Source: Candidatus Saccharimonadales bacterium (GTDB taxonomy: Bacteria; Patescibacteriota; Saccharimonadia; UBA4664; DATIHN01). Taken from it: a DNA stretch of 64,000 bases. The notes under the pieces were generated by a model. The model did not search any database. It was not told where the DNA came from and saw only the letters and a program-made list of their open reading frames with translations. Numbering within the stretch: position 1 is the stretch's first letter; each line of letters begins with the position of its first letter. Below, one piece after another: positions 52,580-62,724 of the stretch. The position numbers and the translations under genes were made by a program. Where the stretch lies: assembly GCA_035480635.1 (NCBI GenBank), contig DATIHN010000016.1, positions 562-64,561 of the forward strand, read 5' to 3'.

Positions 52580-52596
52580 TTAGTCAGATTATTTTT

Positions 52597-53268
52597 TTAC
52601 TGATAGCTAAAGCTCTTAAGGATCAACTTAGCGGTTTCAAAATCTTTGGTTTGAGCTGCCGGTAAGGTCTTTGGCGTCCCTGATGGCAATAGGGCACTAG
52701 TGGTAAAAGCAATGTGGTGATCGCCGTCTTTACCTGGCATCAGCGGTGCGTAGATACAGCTGCCGGTATCCCCAACTGCTGGAGCTTTGCCGGTTAGTAC
52801 GGCCGAGTCCAAGGCAACTTGATCGCCGCTTTCTATCAAATAAATATCCGATTTGCTTTTGGGAATGGTGACCTTGGTAGCGGCTGTTAACTTAACGTTA
52901 GGCTGATCAATACAACTTCCGCCTAGCCCCCCAATTGAATCAAAGTAATTCAGCACAAAGCCACTAGTGCCGGTTAGAATGACTCGTTTGTCATTACCAT
53001 CAAGACCCATTTGATTAGCCTCTTCGACCATCTTCCAGGTCGGCGGGAATTTAAAAGTGACCTTTTCGCTAACCGATGTGTAGGTTTTCCAACCGGCATA
53101 GGGGTCGACGTGCCGCGCCACGATAACACCACCGGAGGCCGCATCGGTAGCCTTTTTGTTTTGTTGTTGCCGATAATAAACGTAGCCGCCCAGGCCAGCC
53201 GCTAAAACAAAGACGACAATAATCAAAACAATATCGATCATGCCGCGCTGATTAAATAGTCTTTTCAT
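52597..53268 (-). CDS. Membrane-anchored hypothetical protein (223 aa).
   Basis: N-terminal TM helix with the remainder extracytoplasmic. Confidence 0.5.
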   Translation of the reverse strand: MKRLFNQRGMIDIVLIIVVFVLAAGLGGYVYYRQQQNKKATDAASGGVIVARHVDPYAGWKTYTSVSEKVTFKFPPTWKMVEEANQMGLDGNDKRVILTGTSGFVLNYFDSIGGLGGSCIDQPNVKLTAATKVTIPKSKSDIYLIESGDQVALDSAVLTGKAPAVGDTGSCIYAPLMPGKDGDHHIAFTTSALLPSGTPKTLPAAQTKDFETAKLILKSFSYQ

Positions 53269-53331
53269 GAGTGCTCACCATTTTGTTTTAATGCTAATGC
53301 TTACTTTAGCGAAATCAATTGACTTTTGCAA

Positions 53332-53892
53332 CTAGTTCTTGCGCAGCTTTGCGTATTTCTTATCAACCACTTTGATGACGTCAGCCACCAACTTGACTGG
53401 ATCATCACCAAAAATGATGTTGCTGCGGATACGTTTGGCGGCTTTTAGAACATGCTGGACCTCGGCCGTCTCCCCACCCGAGCCGACCAGAACACCAATC
53501 GGTTTATGTTCTTCAATGGCGATCGTCAGCTCGTTTAATGTGCCGATGCGGCCGCCGACCATGATCATGGCATCACCTGAGCGCACTAGCAGGAGGTCGC
53601 GGCCGGTATAGCCAAAGCCGGTATAGAGGATGGTATCAAAGCCGTTGAGTGGTAAATGATAGGTCCGGATGTGAGCCACGCGGTTGGCAGCCGGCGAAAA
53701 ACCGATTGATGGACCGCCGGCCAGCTGGGCGGCCAGAGCCGCGATGTGAGGTAGTCCGGTGCTGGCCCCGGTTAGAACAATGTGGCCACGCCGTATCACC
53801 TCTTTGGCCACATCTTTAACGAAACCTGAGGCGACCTCGACGCTATCGCCAGCCGCGGCCCCCGAAATGCAAATTTGATAAGTATGCTTCAT
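53332..53892 (-). CDS. TIGR00725/SLOG-type Rossmann-fold protein (LOG-like).
   Basis: ICISGAAAG ... GASTGLPH ... MVGGRIGTLNE pattern. Confidence 0.6.
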   Translation of the reverse strand: MKHTYQICISGAAAGDSVEVASGFVKDVAKEVIRRGHIVLTGASTGLPHIAALAAQLAGGPSIGFSPAANRVAHIRTYHLPLNGFDTILYTGFGYTGRDLLLVRSGDAMIMVGGRIGTLNELTIAIEEHKPIGVLVGSGGETAEVQHVLKAAKRIRSNIIFGDDPVKLVADVIKVVDKKYAKLRKN

Positions 53893-55118
53893 ACCAATTC
53901 CTCCGGGGCAATGACATCATTATCAAGCCGTTCCAGGACTTGAGCTTCCAAAGTTTTCTCGCCTAAATATCGGGCAAATAATTCATTCCACAAGGCTTCG
54001 CGAAAGTGGTAAAGATATCGATCAGCGTAAGCAATTTGATTGGAGTAGCTCAAACTAATATCCATTAGGTTGAAAGTCACCGTGCCGCTAGGGCGAATCA
54101 CGGCTACATAATCAAGATCGCGCCAGAATTCGAGTTCAGGATCAGTCTGATAAAGCACTTCTTCGGCCTTGCGCCAATGCAAGTCCTCCGGCTGAACATG
54201 TGGTTCGAATTGTTCAGGATGGTGCTCTTTTGGCAATTTACCATAGTAACGCTGAATGATGCGCCAATGGACTCTCTTGTGGCCCAAAATCCTGACCCTA
54301 GGTGGGTCAGCAATTAAAGTCGTGGCCACAATTTCACCAAAATTACGTTTGGTCTTCATCAATTTAAAAAACGCGCTATACAAATGGACTTCGTTATAAT
54401 AGTGGACCAATAGGGGCAGAACCTTTAGGGTGATTCCGCGCATGTGCAAAGCCGTCATCGGCATCACCCCAATTGCACCCATTTCTTTTGAATGAGTGAT
54501 ATTGTGGCGCTTTTTTTGAATAAAGTGCTCGGCTATATCACCCCATTTAGTGGGGTCGAAGACAACTAAATTAAGGTCGCGGGTTTCAAAATCGGTTGCC
54601 TGTAAGGATTTGTAACTATCGTCGAATTGGTTCAACCAATCAGCTTCCTCGCCAAAGCGCAATGACAAATAAACTTCGTAGAGATTCTCGCGTTCGAGTA
54701 GTTGGTTGATGTCGCTATAACCAAGTCGTTGCATGACATTCGTTGGCGGGTGAGCCACCAGCATCTCGCGTGCCACTGATTCTTTCAGGAAGAAACCCCT
54801 TTTTGGCAAATCCAAGGCCTGGACCTTGGCCACAATCAAAGGGATCATTTCTGGGATACTGGTTGGGTCTTGGCCACCGAGGGTTTTGGCCAAATGCTCG
54901 TCGTGGCGGGCCACTATTCTAAGCAGCGATTCGTAGATTTCTGGACCAGAGGAGTCGGGCTTTAAATTTAGTCGAAGCAAACGTTCGGCCGACTTTTCGG
55001 CAATTTCAGCCGTTAGTTTGGCATCAATACCCTGATTTTGAGTAATGTCTTCCAGCTGCTCGATGGCATAATCTAGCAATGGTTCTTTGGCCAGCAGCAA
55101 TTCGGCAATAACGCTCAT
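53889..55118 (-). CDS. Hypothetical protein (409 aa).
   Basis: Long ORF in an operon; no family recognised. Confidence 0.5.
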   Translation of the reverse strand: MSVIAELLLAKEPLLDYAIEQLEDITQNQGIDAKLTAEIAEKSAERLLRLNLKPDSSGPEIYESLLRIVARHDEHLAKTLGGQDPTSIPEMIPLIVAKVQALDLPKRGFFLKESVAREMLVAHPPTNVMQRLGYSDINQLLERENLYEVYLSLRFGEEADWLNQFDDSYKSLQATDFETRDLNLVVFDPTKWGDIAEHFIQKKRHNITHSKEMGAIGVMPMTALHMRGITLKVLPLLVHYYNEVHLYSAFFKLMKTKRNFGEIVATTLIADPPRVRILGHKRVHWRIIQRYYGKLPKEHHPEQFEPHVQPEDLHWRKAEEVLYQTDPELEFWRDLDYVAVIRPSGTVTFNLMDISLSYSNQIAYADRYLYHFREALWNELFARYLGEKTLEAQVLERLDNDVIAPEELV

Positions 55119-56086
55119 AGTTCGCTCACCTCTATGTCCATTTTTTTTAGCCTAGCACCGGCTTGCAAAATTCCATCTTTAGCGCCGACTTTGCGCACCA
55201 CGGCCGTGGCATTAGCACTAGCCAAGGTCAAAGCTTGTTCGATCGAATCACCCCTAGCTAGAGCCGCCACAAAACCCGAACCAAAAGCATCACCTGAACC
55301 GGTCCGATCAACGACTTTGACTTTTTGGTATTGGCCGCATTGGTATAGGCTGGCTCCATCGGTGGCCAGGCAGCCTTTGCCACCATCGGTCATAATGGCG
55401 TATTGAACTTGGTCAGCGGCGGCCCGCAATAGTTGGTTCGGCTCACCATTACCAAAAAGCATGGCAAATTCCTCGCGGTTGGCTTTGAGTACCCTAACTA
55501 GTGGCAATAGACGTTTGAGATCTTTGGCTTTTTCCAGTTCGGCGTTGCCAGGGTCAAGCGCTACTTCGATGCCGTGGGCGTTAGCGTATTTTAATAATCT
55601 TTCCAATAGGTCTAAGTTGCCGGCCAGTGATGAGATGTAGAACCAGTCCGCCTCCAGGTTCCGCAAGGGGAAATCTTGAACTTGCAGATTGTGCGAGGCT
55701 CCTCTGTAAACCAAGACGGTTCGCTCACCTTTCGGAGCCGTCAGGATTACAGAATACCCGGTCTTGAGTTTGGCGTCGAAGGCCAAGTGGTTAGTTACAG
55801 CCCCCTCGCGGCGCAGAACTCGAATGACTTCAGCCCCGGCCGAATCGTGACCAACTTTTGCCAGCGTACTAACGTTGAAACCTTGGCGGGCAAAGGTCAC
55901 AGCTGAATTGGTGCCGCCGCCTCCAGTATCAAAGTGTACATCTTCGACCGGCAGTTTAGCGCCGAGCGGAAACTGCTCAACGTTATCTTGAGTGCGAACG
56001 TCACGCTTAGCCGCAAAGGTCTTACCGGTCAGGAAAACGTCTTGAGTTGCCGCCCCGATTGTGACGACGCTCAGCTTGCGATTCAT
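55115..56086 (-). CDS. PfkB-family carbohydrate kinase (ribokinase-like).
   Basis: N-terminal GG motif and C-terminal DRTGSGDAF anion hole. Confidence 0.8.
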   Translation of the reverse strand: MNRKLSVVTIGAATQDVFLTGKTFAAKRDVRTQDNVEQFPLGAKLPVEDVHFDTGGGGTNSAVTFARQGFNVSTLAKVGHDSAGAEVIRVLRREGAVTNHLAFDAKLKTGYSVILTAPKGERTVLVYRGASHNLQVQDFPLRNLEADWFYISSLAGNLDLLERLLKYANAHGIEVALDPGNAELEKAKDLKRLLPLVRVLKANREEFAMLFGNGEPNQLLRAAADQVQYAIMTDGGKGCLATDGASLYQCGQYQKVKVVDRTGSGDAFGSGFVAALARGDSIEQALTLASANATAVVRKVGAKDGILQAGARLKKMDIEVSEL

Positions 56087-56143
56087 ATCAACATGATAGC
56101 AGTTATGCTTGGGGTTGTAATGTGGCTCGCGTCACGGATTTTT

Positions 56144-57031
56144 TTAACTATGGGCCTTGCCACTGGATCCAAAAATGTCCATTTTGGCTTCGACAATCTT
56201 TTGTAGAGCCTCAACGACTGGTGGCATCAGTTTAACAATGGCATATTCATCAGGGTTGGATTTGAGCTGTTCCTCCAAGGTTTCACGAAAGGTCTTACGG
56301 AGTTCCGAATTGATGTTGACCTTGCTCACGCCGATCTCAGCCGCCTGCTTAAACTGTTCCGGCGGTGTGCCACTTCCGCCGTGCAAGCTGATGTAGCAAT
56401 CAATACTACTGCGAATTTGTCGCAGTAAGTTCAAATCTAGTTGTTTTGGCACTGGATAGAGGCCATGCAGGTTTCCGACCGCTGCTGCAAAGGTATCAAT
56501 GCCAGTCGCGGTTACAAACTCCTTTGATCCAGCCGGTGTCGAAAAGGTCTTTTTGATTTCCTCGTAGTCGATTGGCTCATTATGGACATTGGAGCTGCCG
56601 GCAAAATAATGGGGTTCGCTTTCAACTAGGGCACCAGTTTTTTTGGCATATTCTACTATTTCCTTGGTAGCGGAAATAATTTCATCATCCGTGGCCTCTT
56701 TATTGGCTTGGGAAACATCGATATGAATAAATTCAAAACCGGCATCAATTCCAGCCTTTGCCGCCTCAACTGATGGCGAATGATCAAGGTTTATATACAT
56801 CTCAATATCAAGTTCAGACTTATAGTTATCAACCATATCGCGTAAGTTAGCCAACCCCATAGCCTCAACCTCGCCCTGACTAGCCTCGATTAAAACTGGA
56901 GACTTTTTACTTGCCGCAGCCTGAGCGATGGCTCTGAGAGTCTCTTGATTATCAACATTAAAGGCCCCGACGGCAAACTTCTCTACACGGCTGCGCTCCA
57001 TCAATTTCCTGGCGCCAGCAATATCGGTCAT
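56144..57031 (-). CDS. fba: Class II fructose-bisphosphate aldolase.
   Basis: LDHS, IEASQGE and HGGSGT motifs. Confidence 0.8.
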   Translation of the reverse strand: MTDIAGARKLMERSRVEKFAVGAFNVDNQETLRAIAQAAASKKSPVLIEASQGEVEAMGLANLRDMVDNYKSELDIEMYINLDHSPSVEAAKAGIDAGFEFIHIDVSQANKEATDDEIISATKEIVEYAKKTGALVESEPHYFAGSSNVHNEPIDYEEIKKTFSTPAGSKEFVTATGIDTFAAAVGNLHGLYPVPKQLDLNLLRQIRSSIDCYISLHGGSGTPPEQFKQAAEIGVSKVNINSELRKTFRETLEEQLKSNPDEYAIVKLMPPVVEALQKIVEAKMDIFGSSGKAHS

Positions 57032-58005
57032 TTTGATCCCTTTCGTTTGATCAGTTCTTTGGCGGCTTTGGCGATGTGAGGCGCGGTTAATTTAAAATGT
57101 TCCAATAGTTCTGTCGGATCACCGGACTCGCCAAAGTGATCTTGCATACCCATTCGAGTCATCGGCGTCGGCAGCTCATCGGCCAAAAGCTCGGCCACCG
57201 TACCACCCAGTCCTCCCGCCACCTGGGCCTCTTCGCTGGTTAGCACAGCGCCGGTTTTTTTGACACTAGCCAAAATCGTGGCTTGATCGAGCGGTTTGAT
57301 GGTAGCACAATTAATAACCTCAGCTTCGATTTTGGTTTTAGATAGTTCTTTAGCCGCTATCATGGCCTGGTATACCATGGGCCCGCAAGCAACTATGGTA
57401 ACATCGGCTCCCTCTCGTAAAACTTGAGCTTGACCTACCCTAAAAGGTGTATCGGCAGTTGTGACGATCGGTGACTTTTCGCGGGCCAAACGCAGGTAGG
57501 TCGTATCCGGAGTATCCGCAATAGCCTTTGTAGCCCGCTCGGCCTCCAAACTGTCACATGGCACCACCACCGTCATATTTGGCAGGACTCGCATCAAAGC
57601 AATGTCTTCTAACATCTGGTGGGTCGCGCCATCCGGACCAACGCTGACACCGGCGTGAGACCCGACAATTTTGACGTTGGTCTCGTTCAAGCAGATAGTG
57701 GTGCGAATCTGCTCCCAATTGCGTCCAGGGCTAAAGGCGGCGTAGCTCGACACAAAGGGCACCCGGCCCATGAGCGACATCCCGGCCGCTGTCGTCACTA
57801 AATTTTGTTCAGCAATGCCAACTTGAAAAAACCGCTCCGGATAGGCTTCGGCAAAGTGATGCATTTGGGTTGATTCAGTCAAATCAGCGCACAGCGCCAC
57901 AATCTTTTCGTCGGCTCCGGCCTCTTTCAGCCCGCGCCCAAAACCAGCTCGAATCGGTTCTTGTTCGACGTCTGAATCGTAGAGTTTGGGGTTAAGGCTA
58001 CTCAT
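57028..58005 (-). CDS. Transketolase, C-terminal section.
   Basis: Pyrimidine-binding and C-terminal domains. Overlaps the N-terminal-section gene. Confidence 0.85.
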   Translation of the reverse strand: MSSLNPKLYDSDVEQEPIRAGFGRGLKEAGADEKIVALCADLTESTQMHHFAEAYPERFFQVGIAEQNLVTTAAGMSLMGRVPFVSSYAAFSPGRNWEQIRTTICLNETNVKIVGSHAGVSVGPDGATHQMLEDIALMRVLPNMTVVVPCDSLEAERATKAIADTPDTTYLRLAREKSPIVTTADTPFRVGQAQVLREGADVTIVACGPMVYQAMIAAKELSKTKIEAEVINCATIKPLDQATILASVKKTGAVLTSEEAQVAGGLGGTVAELLADELPTPMTRMGMQDHFGESGDPTELLEHFKLTAPHIAKAAKELIKRKGSK

Positions 58006-58843
58006 GCTCGCTCCGGATCTTGCCGCCTAAAGTTCTTAGTTCCGCCAAAGCCTTTTTGGCTTCTTCGGGTTTGGGAGGTTTGCCATGCCAATGAAAATCG
58101 TATTGCATGAAGTCGACGCCCTTACCGGGAATCGTATGGGCAATGATGATGACGGGCTTGTTTTCGATAGCCTTGGCTTCATTACAAGCATTGATAATTT
58201 CATCAAAATTATGGCCGTTGATTTCCAGCACATGCCAGTTGAAGGCCTCCCATTTGGCCCGGACATCTTCGAGAGGCATAACAACTTCGGTCGGCCCGTC
58301 GATTTGAATATTATTGCGATCCATGATGACAGTGAGATTAGCCAGTTTGAATTTGCCGGCCAGCATAGCCGCTTCCCACAGCTGACCCTCGTTGCTCTCT
58401 CCGTCGCCAATTAAGCAGTAGGTCCAGCGGGAGCGATTGTTTTCCAAGCGATTTATTAAGGCAATGCCATTGGCTTGACTCAATCCACTGCCTAGCGGGC
58501 CGCTGGTGGTTTCGAGCCCCGGCAAACGTAATCGCTCAGGGTGGCCTTGCAAGCGTGAACCCAGTTTACGTAGAGTTTTAAGTTCTGACACCGGAAAGTA
58601 ACCGGCTCGAGCCATAGTGGCATAGCGGACTGGCACTATGTGGCCATTGCTTAAAATCAAGCGATCGCGTTCTGGCCAATCCGGCTGTTTGGGGCGGTGG
58701 TTTAGGACTTCAAAATAAAGGGCGGTGAAAACATCGGCCATACCCAATGGCCCGGCTGAGTGGCCACTACCAGCTTCCAACAACATAGCAATGATGTCCT
58801 CGCGGATTTGGTTGGCTTTAGTTTCAAGCTGCTTGGTCGTCAC
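57998..58843 (-). CDS. Transketolase, N-terminal section.
   Basis: TPP-binding GDGESNEG motif. Confidence 0.85.
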   Translation of the reverse strand: MTTKQLETKANQIREDIIAMLLEAGSGHSAGPLGMADVFTALYFEVLNHRPKQPDWPERDRLILSNGHIVPVRYATMARAGYFPVSELKTLRKLGSRLQGHPERLRLPGLETTSGPLGSGLSQANGIALINRLENNRSRWTYCLIGDGESNEGQLWEAAMLAGKFKLANLTVIMDRNNIQIDGPTEVVMPLEDVRAKWEAFNWHVLEINGHNFDEIINACNEAKAIENKPVIIIAHTIPGKGVDFMQYDFHWHGKPPKPEEAKKALAELRTLGGKIRSEHE

Positions 58844-59486
58844 TACTCGCCTCCGCGGCCGCCGTTACAATGGCGGCATAGGCCTGTTTGGGTTCAGTTG
58901 CATCCACTACATACCCACCGGTATTAATAACGTCGGCCCCAGCCGCTACCGCCGCCTGAGTGTGCTCTGGGTTCATTCCGCCATCCACCCCAATTTCCAA
59001 TTCCGAACGCAGTTGTTTAAGTTGTTTAATTTTGGTTAAGGTATCGGGTTTAAAGTGGCTGTGATTAAAACCCAGGTGGTCCCCAGTAAATACCAGGACA
59101 TGATCAAGTTGATCTAGGAGCTGAGAAATTTTGCCGACTGGAGTATCCTCGCGCAGCGCTAGGCCGACTTTAATGCCGACTTCGCGCCACTGGCTAAGTA
59201 GCTCGGACCAGTTGGCAGCCGCTTCAGCGTGGCAAATTACTAACTCAGGCCCCAGGCTGATGACGGTTTCTAAAAACTGGGCCGGACTAGTCACCATCAA
59301 ATGTAAGTCGGTCGGAACGTCTGGCACATCATAAACTTGCGCCAGATCAATGGTTTTGGTCGGTGTAAAAACGCCGTCGCTGATATCAACATGGAAGCGC
59401 CGCACAAAGACTTCGATGCGCTTGATTCTAGTGGCGTATTCTTCTGGGGTTGTGACTGGCCCAACTGTGATAGCAACTTCGGCCAT
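58824..59486 (-). CDS. rpe: Ribulose-phosphate 3-epimerase.
   Basis: TIM barrel with HLMV and VDGGMN motifs. Confidence 0.7.
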   Translation of the reverse strand: MAEVAITVGPVTTPEEYATRIKRIEVFVRRFHVDISDGVFTPTKTIDLAQVYDVPDVPTDLHLMVTSPAQFLETVISLGPELVICHAEAAANWSELLSQWREVGIKVGLALREDTPVGKISQLLDQLDHVLVFTGDHLGFNHSHFKPDTLTKIKQLKQLRSELEIGVDGGMNPEHTQAAVAAGADVINTGGYVVDATEPKQAYAAIVTAAAEASSDDQAA

Positions 59487-59923
59487 TACAAGTCCTCCAG
59501 TTCCTTGATGCGCCGGAGATGCCGCTCCTCGCCTGAAAACTTAGTGGCTAGCCAGGTATCAATAATTTTGAGAGCGGTGTCTTCATCAATCATCTGAGCG
59601 GGCAAACTTAAGACATTACTATCATTATCCAAGCGAGTTTCCTTGGCACCGTCGACGCTCCAGATAACCGATGCCCTAATGCCACTCAACCGATTGGCCG
59701 CAATTGCCATGCCCTGGCCGCTACTACAGACCAAAATCCCACGAGCATCATCTTCGCCCAAGACTTTGGTAGCCACATCATAAGCTTTGACTGGGTAATC
59801 ATCATCCTTATCAAGTTCTTCTGGCCCTAAGTCCTCAACCTCAAAATCTGCCTGTTCCAAGTGCCGTTTGATGGTTTTTTTGAGCTCAAAACCGGCGTGA
59901 TCGGCCGCCAGGAAAACTTTCAT
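59486..59923 (-). CDS. rpiB: Ribose-5-phosphate isomerase B.
   Basis: MKVFLAADHAGFELK N-terminus. Confidence 0.85.
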   Translation of the reverse strand: MKVFLAADHAGFELKKTIKRHLEQADFEVEDLGPEELDKDDDYPVKAYDVATKVLGEDDARGILVCSSGQGMAIAANRLSGIRASVIWSVDGAKETRLDNDSNVLSLPAQMIDEDTALKIIDTWLATKFSGEERHLRRIKELEDL

Positions 59924-60933
59924 CTTGGAATCAAATTCCCCACTAATGCCACCATTTCAATGAGGCGGTTACTATAACCCCACTCGTTGTCATACCAGGC
60001 CACGACCTTAACGAGATTGCCCCCAACGACATTGGTTAGATTCAGGTCGACGGTGGAAGAGTGAGCGTCGCCAATGAAGTCCCGGGACACCAACTCCTCC
60101 TCCGTCCAAGTTAAAATACCCTTGAAGCGCTCACTAGCGGCCGCTTTTTTAATGGCCTCATTTACTTCTTCAATCGTCGTATGTTTGTGGGTTAGAAACG
60201 TAAAATCCGACAGCGACACCACCGGGGTTGGTACGCGAATACTGAGGCCAGTAAATTTACCCTTGAGAGCCGGAAAGGCCTTAGCGGCCGCAATTGTAGC
60301 CCCAGTCGAAGTCGGTACAATGTTTTCGGCGGCGTTTCGGCCTTCGCGAAGGTCTTTACCCGGTGCGTCTTGCAAGGCCTGGCTGGCGGTATAAGAATGG
60401 ACCGTCGTCATCATGGCCCGCTCGATGCCAAAAGCCGCCTCGATGATGGCGCCGACAGGAGTGATGTCGTTGGTGGTACAAGAGGCGTTAGAAACAATTT
60501 CATGCTCGGGTTTTAGTGTATCTTCGTTAACACCAATAACGTAAGTGTCATGATGATCATCTTTGATTGGGGCTGAAAGCACGACTCGTTTGGCTCCGGC
60601 GTGAAGGTGCTTACTTAAATCTGCGTGTTTAGTGAAACGGCCGGTGCTTTCAATCACCACATCAACATCCATTTCCTTCCACGGCAAACTGGCTGGGTCC
60701 TTTTCGGCAACGACTGTAATCGATTCGCCCTCGACAATAATGTGCTCGTCGTCAGCACTGACCGTTTTGGCATAAGTCCCATAGTTGGAATCGTGTTTAA
60801 GCAGATAGGCCAAAGTGGCTGGTTCGGCTAAGTCGTTAATGGCCACGATTTCGATTTGGGGGTTGGCTTGAGCGATTTTAAAAGCGTTGCGACCGATCCG
60901 CCCGAACCCATTAATGGCAACTTTTATTTTCAT
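59920..60933 (-). CDS. gap: Type I glyceraldehyde-3-phosphate dehydrogenase.
   Basis: INGFGRIGR NAD-binding motif and the SCTTN active site. Confidence 0.9.
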   Translation of the reverse strand: MKIKVAINGFGRIGRNAFKIAQANPQIEIVAINDLAEPATLAYLLKHDSNYGTYAKTVSADDEHIIVEGESITVVAEKDPASLPWKEMDVDVVIESTGRFTKHADLSKHLHAGAKRVVLSAPIKDDHHDTYVIGVNEDTLKPEHEIVSNASCTTNDITPVGAIIEAAFGIERAMMTTVHSYTASQALQDAPGKDLREGRNAAENIVPTSTGATIAAAKAFPALKGKFTGLSIRVPTPVVSLSDFTFLTHKHTTIEEVNEAIKKAAASERFKGILTWTEEELVSRDFIGDAHSSTVDLNLTNVVGGNLVKVVAWYDNEWGYSNRLIEMVALVGNLIPR

Positions 60934-60984
60934 GCTCCCTCCGCGAAGTCTATAGCTCTATTGTATAAGCTTTAGAGCTTTGGC

Positions 60985-61725
60985 TCAACCGCCCCGAACC
61001 TTGCTAGCCATATCGGGGTCATTGGGGTTATAAGCCACCACCTGGTTGCGTTGGACCTTGGCGGAATAGAGCGCAGCATCGGCTTTTAAGAATAAATCGT
61101 CGTAAGTTTCGCAGGTTTGATCAAATTCGGCTAGCCCAATACTAACCGTCAGGGCCTCGCGATCCGAGACCCCCCAGGTGACAAGCTGGTCAGCGCTGGC
61201 TTCGACCAAGCCTTGATGCAACCCGTTAATTCTCTCGGTGATAGCCGAACCGCTGCCAGCGTAGCCAATAACGAATTCTTCGCCACCAATTCGTGCCACC
61301 ATATCGCCCGCCCGGACCTGATCGCTCAAAAAATGGGCCAGCCATTTTAGGATCACGTCCCCTGCCTTATGGCCAGCCTGATCGTTAACAGCTTTAAAAT
61401 GATCAATGTCGATGACGGCTAACGTCAGGCCAGGGGGATTTTCGCTGCGGTGCTCTCGGTGCTGGCGTTGGCGTTGGATACTTTCGATGATTGGTTCAAC
61501 CCACTCGGCCAGAGCCCTGCGATTAGGTAATTCGGTTAATAGATCGGTGCGAGCTTCCCGGTGGTAGGTTTCGCGCTCGAGCTCTAGTTCATAAACATAC
61601 TGTTTAGCTTTTGGGCTTAAACCAGCTAATTCTTGTTCGACTGTCTTAGGACTTATCACCTCACCTAGCTCAGCCGGCAGTGCAATGGCCTGTTCGTAAT
61701 AGCGCTGGTGGTTCGGCTGGCTCAT
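60985..61725 (-). CDS. GGDEF-domain diguanylate cyclase.
   Basis: RIGGEEF active-site motif. Confidence 0.8.
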   Translation of the reverse strand: MSQPNHQRYYEQAIALPAELGEVISPKTVEQELAGLSPKAKQYVYELELERETYHREARTDLLTELPNRRALAEWVEPIIESIQRQRQHREHRSENPPGLTLAVIDIDHFKAVNDQAGHKAGDVILKWLAHFLSDQVRAGDMVARIGGEEFVIGYAGSGSAITERINGLHQGLVEASADQLVTWGVSDREALTVSIGLAEFDQTCETYDDLFLKADAALYSAKVQRNQVVAYNPNDPDMASKVRGG

Positions 61726-61734
61726 GGACTGGAC

Positions 61735-62247
61735 CTAGTTGCGAGCTTGCTCGGCTTCATAGGCCCGGCGGACTTCGGCTTTGGCGGCAGCGGCGTCCTC
61801 CCAACCGACGATTTCGACCGTTTTATGCTTGAGCTCTTTGTAGCGTTCAAAGAAGTGAGCAATTTCGATCGGAATGTGATCATTGATGTCATCAAGTGAG
61901 GTAATGTGGCCGCTTTTGATATCCTCGACCGGTACACATAAAACCATTTTATCGACTTCCCCGTCGTCGACTTTGTTAAGTAAAGCAATCGGCCGTGCTT
62001 CCACCACGCAACCCGGAAATACCGTCGTTCCAAACAGCATGGCATCTAGGTGATCTCCATCTTCGCTACGGGTTTGAGGGATAAAGCCATAATCATAAGG
62101 GTGAGCCATAGCCGCATAATTTACCCGGTCAAGTTTAATTGTTCCCAAGCCCTCATCGAACTCATACTTATTGCGCGAATGAGCTGGAATTTCGATGACG
62201 ACGTTGAAGCTTTCGGGAAAGTTTTCGCCAATGGGGATGTTATGCAC
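61735..62247 (-). CDS. ppa: Inorganic pyrophosphatase.
   Basis: 170 aa family I PPase with a DGDHLD motif. Confidence 0.85.
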   Translation of the reverse strand: MHNIPIGENFPESFNVVIEIPAHSRNKYEFDEGLGTIKLDRVNYAAMAHPYDYGFIPQTRSEDGDHLDAMLFGTTVFPGCVVEARPIALLNKVDDGEVDKMVLCVPVEDIKSGHITSLDDINDHIPIEIAHFFERYKELKHKTVEIVGWEDAAAAKAEVRRAYEAEQARN

Positions 62248-62415
62248 TAATAACCTCTTATTTACTGGTTGTGATTATAGCATTGGGTTTAGTTGAATGG
62301 GAAACACTAATTGCACCATATTTTGACAGGGAGAACAATGTTTGTAATTTTGACCATTCAAATACGGTAATAGTTTGTCTAACATAAGCGCGGTATTTAG
62401 AAAGGAGGTGAAGTT

Positions 62416-62682
62416 ATGATCTTGGCAATCATTAGCTGGATTATCCTTGGTGCCCTGGCTGGCTGGATTGCATCCCTGATTATGGGGATGGATGAGGAAC
62501 AAAGTGGCGTCATGAATGTGGTGGTTGGAATTTTGGGGGCCATCATTGGTGGCACGGTTCTGAAGCTAGTCGGTGGCAGCGATATCTCTGGCTTCAATCT
62601 CAGTACACTGCTAACGGCCATCCTGGGCTCCATCATTTTGCTGGTGGTTATTCGAGGATTCCGGCGTAGTCGAACCTATTAA
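62416..62682 (+). CDS. GlsB/YeaQ/YmgE-family stress membrane protein.
   Basis: MILAIISWIILGALAGWIASLIMG; 88 aa. Confidence 0.7.
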   Translation: MILAIISWIILGALAGWIASLIMGMDEEQSGVMNVVVGILGAIIGGTVLKLVGGSDISGFNLSTLLTAILGSIILLVVIRGFRRSRTY

Positions 62683-62695
62683 AGAAAAACTACCC

Positions 62696-62722
62696 ACCGC
62701 CCAAAACCGGGCGGTTTTTTTT
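62696..62722. terminator. Bidirectional rho-independent terminator.
   Basis: ACCGCCC/GGGCGGT stem flanked by an A-run upstream and T8 downstream. It sits between the convergent glsB-like and trxB genes. Confidence 0.65.
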
Positions 62723-62724
62723 GA

